Source: an uncultured Alphaproteobacteria bacterium (GTDB lineage Bacteria > Pseudomonadota > Alphaproteobacteria > Methylaequorales > Methylaequoraceae). Taken from it: a stretch of 64,000 nt of DNA. The position numbers and the translations under genes are program-made. Position 1 is the first letter of the stretch, and every line of letters begins with the position of its first letter. The stretch lies in contig CACIYM010000002.1 of the NCBI GenBank assembly GCA_902590895.1, positions 349-64,348 on the forward strand, written 5' to 3'. The notes under the pieces were generated by a model. The model saw only the letters and a program-made list of their open reading frames with translations. It was not told the DNA's origin and did no database searches. Below are positions 58,714-64,000 of this stretch, piece by piece.

Positions 58714-58730
58714 AAATATTAGAAAAACAT

Positions 58731-59645
58731 TTATTCTTTTAATAATTTTATAAATATATCCTCTAAATCCGATTCCTTTGTTGATATTTCTTTTAGTTTA
58801 AATTTTTTTTCAACAAAAATTTTAATAATATCTGCTGTGCTGATTTTACTTTTTTTAAACTTAAGTGTTAATGATTTTTTCTCTTTTTTTTTACAATATT
58901 TTTTTATTTCGGATGGAATTTTTTTAATTTGTTCAGAAAATTCAATAATTAACTCTTTCTCGTCCAAGAGTTGCATAAACTTTTTTTTCTCGTCGCATGC
59001 TATTACTTTACCTTTATTAATTACAGCAATTCTATCACACAAAATTTCAGCCTCCTTTAGATAATGTGTTGTTAATATAATTGTGACTCCTTTTTTATTT
59101 AAAGTTCTTATAGAATTCCAAAGTTTACTTCTCAGTTCTACATCCACTCCAGCAGTAGGTTCGTCCAAAATTAATAAAGGTGGATTGTGAACCATAGCTT
59201 TTGCGACCATTAATCTCCTTTTCATCCCACCAGATAGACTTCTTGAGTAAGCTTTAGCTTTTTCAAATAAGTCAAGATTTTTTAAAATTTCCAAATTTTT
59301 ATTATTTTCTTTCTTAACTCCGTATAATCCAGCCTGAATGTCCATTATTTGTATTGGAGAAAAAAAAGGATCGATGTTTATCTCTTGAGGAACAACCCCA
59401 ATATTTCCTCTTACAGTTTTTGGGTTTTCATCCAGATCAATTCCGCAGACTTTTACTACTCCAGACGATTTATTTGTAAGCCCTGAAAGAATATTTATAA
59501 ATGTACTTTTTCCCGCTCCATTTGGTCCTAGTAAACCAAAGATTGAACCTGAATTAATAGTTAGGTCAATATGGTCTAAGGCGAAAGATTTGGCAGATGT
59601 ATATTTTTTGCTTAACCCTGAAACTTCTATTATTTTGTTTTCCAT
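58731..59645 (-). CDS. ABC transporter ATP-binding protein (ABC-2/CcmA-like, with C-terminal extension)
   Basis: Walker A GPNGAGKST, signature LSGGMKRR and Walker B LLILDEPT. ATG 59645 (MENKIIEV...) is preferred over the ORF-track start 59687. Confidence 0.88.
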   Translation of the reverse strand: MENKIIEVSGLSKKYTSAKSFALDHIDLTINSGSIFGLLGPNGAGKSTFINILSGLTNKSSGVVKVCGIDLDENPKTVRGNIGVVPQEINIDPFFSPIQIMDIQAGLYGVKKENNKNLEILKNLDLFEKAKAYSRSLSGGMKRRLMVAKAMVHNPPLLILDEPTAGVDVELRSKLWNSIRTLNKKGVTIILTTHYLKEAEILCDRIAVINKGKVIACDEKKKFMQLLDEKELIIEFSEQIKKIPSEIKKYCKKKEKKSLTLKFKKSKISTADIIKIFVEKKFKLKEISTKESDLEDIFIKLLKE

Positions 59646-59700
59646 TTTATAAAATAAAGTTATATTTTTTTTATAAAAATGCGACAATTAATTTTTTCTC

Positions 59701-59859
59701 ATGAACGAAGAATTTTTAAATAAAGTGAATATAATTGATAGTTCAAAGGTAAGTTGTAGCGGCGTAGGATCAGATTCTCATCCCATTGTTTATCTTGATT
59801 TATCCACAGGAAAAGTTATCAGTTGTCCATATTGTGGAACAAAATTTAAAAAAAAATGA
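59701..59859 (+). CDS. zf-CHCC (NDUFS6-like) zinc-finger domain protein, 52 aa
   Basis: Translated by hand: MNEEFLNKVNIIDSSKVSCSGVGSDSHPIVYLDLSTGKVISCPYCGTKFKKK. The C...H...CxxC pattern is typical of small alphaproteobacterial zinc-finger proteins. The stop overlaps the polA ATG (ATGA). Absent from the ORF track (<60 aa). Confidence 0.7.
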   Translation: MNEEFLNKVNIIDSSKVSCSGVGSDSHPIVYLDLSTGKVISCPYCGTKFKKK

Positions 59860-62648
59860 GTGATGCTAGCAAAGAAGAACTAGTACTTATTGATGGCTCA
59901 GGATATATATTTCGAGCCTACTATGCTCTTCCTCCAATGTATAGGTCAGACGGTCTACCTGTTAATGCTGTTTTCGGTTTTTGTAATATGCTTTTAAAGC
60001 TTGTTGAGGATATTCAGTCAGAAAAAGGTGGTAATGTTGAAATTGCTGTAATCTTTGATGCAGCTCGTGAGACATTTAGAAATCAAATTTATCCAGATTA
60101 TAAAGCCAATCGGTCGGATCCTCCTGAAGATTTAAAGCCACAATTTGACATCATAAAAAAAGTACCTCAGTACTTTAACTTAGAGTCTATTGAATTCAAA
60201 GGTTTTGAAGCTGATGATTTAATTGCTTCATATTCAAAAATTGCAGTTGAAAAAAACAAAAAGGTAACAATTGTCTCCTCTGACAAAGATTTAATGCAAT
60301 TAATTGACGATGATACTTTAATGTTTGATCCTCTAAAAAAAAAAGAAATTGGAAAAGAAAGTGTTTTTGAAAAATTTGGTGTCTATCCCGAAAAAGTTAT
60401 TGATGTTCAAGCGCTTGCGGGAGATTCATCAGATAATATTCCAGGTGTGCCTGGAATTGGACCGAAAATAGCAGCCCAGCTAATAAATGACTTTGGAAAC
60501 CTAGAAAGTTTACTCGATAATACTGATAAAATTAAGCAAGAAAAAAGGAGAATTTCATTGGAGGAAAATAAGGATCTAGCAATGATTTCTAAAAAATTAG
60601 TTACTTTAAGGCAAGATGTCAAGTTACCAGTATCCCTTGACAAGCTGAAGTTTCGACCTTTAGACGTCAACAAGCTTTTGAACTTCTTAGATGAAATGGA
60701 ATTTAATAAGGTAAAGGCAAACGTAATTTCGAAGTTTGGAAAAGGTTCAGAAGATGTATTAGATAAAAATAATAAAAACTCAAATTTTTTAGATAAAAGA
60801 GAATTAAATAGTCCAGCCAGAGAAAAAATAGATAAAAATAATTATAAACTAATTACTAATTTAAAAAATTTAGAAGAGTGGTGCGAAGTAGCAATTGAAA
60901 AAGGAGTTGTTGCAATTGACTGTGAAACAACTTCAACTAATCCCGTGGAGGCTGAGATTGTTGGATTTTCAATGTCATTTGAAAATAGTCAAGCTTGCTA
61001 CATTCCTTTGAAACATCATGAAAGAAAAAGTGAGCAGATAGACCTAAAAGAATTTGTTTCAAGAATAAGGGTTATTCTGGAGGACGAGTCAATTCTTAAA
61101 ATAGGTCAAAACATTAAGTATGATTTCATAATTTTAAAAGGTTTAAATGTAACATTAAAAAATATGGATGATACTATGCTGATGTCTTACGTTTTAAGAA
61201 CAGGAAAAAGGGGGCACAACCTTGATGAGTTGGCGATGGATTTTTTATCTCATGAAACTGTAAAATTTTCAGATATTACTACTGTAAATAAAAAAAAAGT
61301 TCTGTTTTCTGAAGTAAATTTAAATGATGCATTGTTATATGCTGCCGAGGATTCGGATATAACTTTCCGATTATGGGAAATTCTAAAATTAGAGTTAATA
61401 AAGAATAAATTATATTATTTTTATTTTTACATTGAACGGCAGCTTATCGAGATTGTAGGCATGATGGAGATTAATGGTTGCAAAGTTAATAATGAGCATC
61501 TAAAAAAAACTTCAGAGGTTTTTCAAACAAAAATTGAATTATTAGAATCAAATATCTTTGAATTAGTTGGAGAACAATTTAATATTGGTTCACCAAAGCA
61601 ATTGGGTGAAATACTTTTTAAAAAATTAGAATTACCATATGGGAAAAAGGGAAAGAGTGGAAATTTTCAAACAGATGTAAAAATTTTGGAAAAACTAAAA
61701 TCAGAAAAACATGAGATTGCTTCACTCGTTCTGGATTGGCGACATTTTGCTAAACTTAGAAGCACTTATTGTGAAGGCTTGCTGTCTCGTGAAAATACTA
61801 ATACACAAAGAATTCATACTTCTTTTGGAATGGCGAGTACGTTAACAGGAAGATTTTCCTCCAATGATCCAAACATACAAAATATTCCTATAAAGACTGA
61901 AGAGGGGCGTGAAATAAGAAAGGCATTTGTCCCTGAAAAAAATAATAAAATTATTTCAATTGACTACTCACAAATTGAACTAAGGATTTTGGCACATGTA
62001 GCAAAGGTTAAATCATTGCAAGAAGCATTTAAAAATGATGAAGATGTTCACAACGTCACTGCGATGGAAGTATTTCAAGTTGATAAAAAATATTTAACTA
62101 GTGATCTAAGAAGGAAAGCCAAAATTATAAATTTTGGAATAATATATGGAATTTCACCATATGGATTGGCCCTTCAATTGGATATATCAAATTCAGAGGC
62201 AAAAAGTTACATTGAAAGTTATTTTTTAAAATATCCAGGAATAAAAGAATATATGAACAAAACGATTGAGTTTTGCAGAGGAAATGGTTTTGTCTATACT
62301 CCTTTTGGAAGAAGAATACATATACCCTTTATTAACGATAAAATTGTAAACAGAAGAAACTTTGCAGAAAGATCGGCAATTAATGCACCAATACAAGGAG
62401 GTGCTGCAGATTTAATAAAAATAGTTATGCCAAAAATTTATAACTTTATTGAAATTAGGGAACTTAAAACAAAGATGTTAATTCAAGTACACGACGAATT
62501 AATTTTTGAAGTTCCTATTAATGAAGTTAATTTAATTAAAGAGGAAGTACCAAAAATTATGATTGAGTCACATCAAAATTTTTTAGAGCTAAATGTTCCC
62601 ATTAAGGTCGACGTTGGTGAGGGTTTGAATTGGGATGAGGCTCACTAG
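59856..62648 (+). CDS. polA: DNA polymerase I
   Basis: 5'-3' exonuclease domain (LIDGSGYIFRAYYA), 3'-5' exonuclease domain, and polymerase motifs A, B and C (DYSQIELR, RRKAKIINFGIIYG, QVHDELIFE). Confidence 0.97.
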   Translation: MSDASKEELVLIDGSGYIFRAYYALPPMYRSDGLPVNAVFGFCNMLLKLVEDIQSEKGGNVEIAVIFDAARETFRNQIYPDYKANRSDPPEDLKPQFDIIKKVPQYFNLESIEFKGFEADDLIASYSKIAVEKNKKVTIVSSDKDLMQLIDDDTLMFDPLKKKEIGKESVFEKFGVYPEKVIDVQALAGDSSDNIPGVPGIGPKIAAQLINDFGNLESLLDNTDKIKQEKRRISLEENKDLAMISKKLVTLRQDVKLPVSLDKLKFRPLDVNKLLNFLDEMEFNKVKANVISKFGKGSEDVLDKNNKNSNFLDKRELNSPAREKIDKNNYKLITNLKNLEEWCEVAIEKGVVAIDCETTSTNPVEAEIVGFSMSFENSQACYIPLKHHERKSEQIDLKEFVSRIRVILEDESILKIGQNIKYDFIILKGLNVTLKNMDDTMLMSYVLRTGKRGHNLDELAMDFLSHETVKFSDITTVNKKKVLFSEVNLNDALLYAAEDSDITFRLWEILKLELIKNKLYYFYFYIERQLIEIVGMMEINGCKVNNEHLKKTSEVFQTKIELLESNIFELVGEQFNIGSPKQLGEILFKKLELPYGKKGKSGNFQTDVKILEKLKSEKHEIASLVLDWRHFAKLRSTYCEGLLSRENTNTQRIHTSFGMASTLTGRFSSNDPNIQNIPIKTEEGREIRKAFVPEKNNKIISIDYSQIELRILAHVAKVKSLQEAFKNDEDVHNVTAMEVFQVDKKYLTSDLRRKAKIINFGIIYGISPYGLALQLDISNSEAKSYIESYFLKYPGIKEYMNKTIEFCRGNGFVYTPFGRRIHIPFINDKIVNRRNFAERSAINAPIQGGAADLIKIVMPKIYNFIEIRELKTKMLIQVHDELIFEVPINEVNLIKEEVPKIMIESHQNFLELNVPIKVDVGEGLNWDEAH

Positions 62649-63442
62649 TTTTTGAGAGCCTCATTGTGTAGTTTAACAAACATACCTCTCAGCTTTTTTG
62701 AATCTGTGATTTCTCTGTCGAAATACAGTCTGGTTAGTAACTTTTTTTTTCTTAAGTCAAAGCCGTCAGGGTCAATTCCGACAATTTTCCACCTTCCGGT
62801 TTTCTCAGCAGCTTTTATGTTTTTTATAAATTTTTGTAAATACAATTTAATACTTTCATTATGGTGCTCATTCATATGGTTCATTATATCTGTCTCACTA
62901 CTCGCATATCCTTGGTTTTTTTTGTTAACCAGTTCATTTTTTTTAAACCATTTGACCTGAGCAAACCCTCCAATTAAATGTGCACTCTTAATATCTAACT
63001 TGTAAAAGTTCATATCTCCAAAATTTGCATATAGTTTTGCGGCAGGATGCCGGTTTAAAAATCTTATACGATGATTTTTATCTGGTGATTTTTTAAGATT
63101 ACCAATGAGTGTTACTCTTGGCCTTGACATAGGATCTTCATAGTCGATATTAGGAAATTTGTTATTAAACTTAGGAAAAAAGTTGTATAGTTTTTTTTCT
63201 TCACAAACCATTAATGATACAGAGCTATTGCTAATAACGTTTGTTGTATGCTCAGACAAATTTGACAACAAGAGAATTGGAGAAAGATCATAATCAAATG
63301 CAGTCATTACAAATGTCGAATATGAAAATGGTTTTGATAAACCAGTTTTCAGACTTTTAAAGTTTTTAGGATTAAACTCAGTAGATAGAAATCCTCTAGA
63401 AGATGATCTAATAAGTTGTCGAGTTTTAAAATTGATATTCAT
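62645..63442 (-). CDS. HugZ-like / pyridoxamine 5'-phosphate oxidase-related FMN-binding protein with DUF2470-like C-terminus
   Basis: The N-terminal split-barrel region (LIRSSSRGFLST...LLLSNLSEHTTN) and the C-terminal MNHMNEHHNESI resemble alphaproteobacterial HugZ-family proteins. Confidence 0.55.
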   Translation of the reverse strand: MNINFKTRQLIRSSSRGFLSTEFNPKNFKSLKTGLSKPFSYSTFVMTAFDYDLSPILLLSNLSEHTTNVISNSSVSLMVCEEKKLYNFFPKFNNKFPNIDYEDPMSRPRVTLIGNLKKSPDKNHRIRFLNRHPAAKLYANFGDMNFYKLDIKSAHLIGGFAQVKWFKKNELVNKKNQGYASSETDIMNHMNEHHNESIKLYLQKFIKNIKAAEKTGRWKIVGIDPDGFDLRKKKLLTRLYFDREITDSKKLRGMFVKLHNEALKN

Positions 63443-63486
63443 TTATTTATAATTTAAAATTATTATATAGATATAAAATATTAATT

Positions 63487-63951
63487 ATGAAAAAAAAATT
63501 CAAATACTTACTTTTATTAATTTTTTTTACTGTTTCATTTAGTGAAGCTTTTTCCGAAAAAAATAATAAACTGGTTATTCACGGCTCGTATACTTTCGAG
63601 ACGTATGAAGGACAAGAGAATATTGCAGTATACATGAGCTTTTTTAATAACACGGATAATGATATAGAAATTGAATCTTTCTCAAGCAAATTATCTCCAA
63701 GGATAGAAATGCACGACATTAAAATAACCAATGATATTGCAAAAATGATTATGATGAAAAAAGTTTTGATTAAGAAGAATAGTCAACTTTATTTACAACC
63801 AGGTGGAAAACACCTAATGTTTTTCGGTATTAAAAAAAAGCTTAATGATGGTGATTCATTTGACATTAAAGTTAACTTAAAAAATGGTGTTACACAGAAT
63901 GTAAAAACAATGGTTTTGAATAAAAAATTGAAATCTAATTATTTAAATTAA
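63487..63951 (+). CDS. Periplasmic copper chaperone PCu(A)C (DUF461)
   Basis: Signal peptide. H(M)-rich copper motif IEMHDIK...MIMMKKV and GGKHLMFFG. Confidence 0.8.
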   Translation: MKKKFKYLLLLIFFTVSFSEAFSEKNNKLVIHGSYTFETYEGQENIAVYMSFFNNTDNDIEIESFSSKLSPRIEMHDIKITNDIAKMIMMKKVLIKKNSQLYLQPGGKHLMFFGIKKKLNDGDSFDIKVNLKNGVTQNVKTMVLNKKLKSNYLN

Positions 63952-63953
63952 AA

Positions 63954-64000
63954 ATGAACCCAAAAACTATTCACGCCACCTCAGTTGTTCTTGAGGACTC
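63954..64000 (+). CDS. 5' end of an unidentified ORF (MNPKTIHATSVVLED...), truncated by the window edge
   Basis: The ATG lies 2 nt after the PCuAC stop and the frame is open to the window end. The 15 residues are too few to assign. They are only vaguely reminiscent of alphaproteobacterial HprK-like N-termini. Confidence 0.2.
   Translation, partial: MNPKTIHATSVVLED

Overview
By eye this window is a very AT-rich, almost gap-free stretch of core chromosome. It looks like a streamlined alphaproteobacterium of the SAR11/Pelagibacterales type. That assignment is an inference from composition, coding density and alphaproteobacterial synteny; no search was run. I can support about 79 protein genes and one tRNA.

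Conserved blocks:
- murJ-trpS, then TauE, TIGR02186, USP and NifU genes.
- tsaB-rimI-fur-olsBA-miaB-phoH-ybeY-corC-lnt-metK-trmB.
- nusA-infB-rbfA-truB-rpsO-pnp.
- An Irr-like regulator followed by rubrerythrin, an Fe-S/CCG protein and a DUF3501 protein.
- A minus-strand operon ubiE-coaBC-dut-rrf2-cysK-thiF/moeB.
- mutM, rpsT, a rhodanese gene, then dnaA-dnaN-recF-gyrB.
- A class A PBP, SCO1, a tetrapyrrole-like pair, LPS sugar genes (UXS, hldE), tRNA-Arg, a POT transporter, polA, a HugZ-like gene and PCuAC.

No mobile element, CRISPR array, integrase, defence island or prophage remnant is visible. I do not see a clear-cut novel multi-gene system.

Most noteworthy points:
1. A Fur-box-like site and an ICE/Irr-type palindrome stacked upstream of a rubrerythrin / Fe-S-CCG / DUF3501 operon whose function is not established.
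2. A Cys-less Rrf2 (CymR-like) gene overlapping cysK, which overlaps a ThiF/MoeB-type E1 gene.
3. Divergent siroheme/cobalamin-type genes (a TP-methylase-like gene and a CbiX-like gene) flanking a secreted ankyrin protein.
4. A structured 179-nt intergenic region with a strong-SD 28-codon sORF.
5. Extreme gene packing: divergent genes share a CATG or overlap at their 5' ends, and 7 of 9 convergent pairs overlap at their 3' ends.

All protein calls come from motif and family recognition by eye. No alignments or searches were run, and start codons are often ambiguous.
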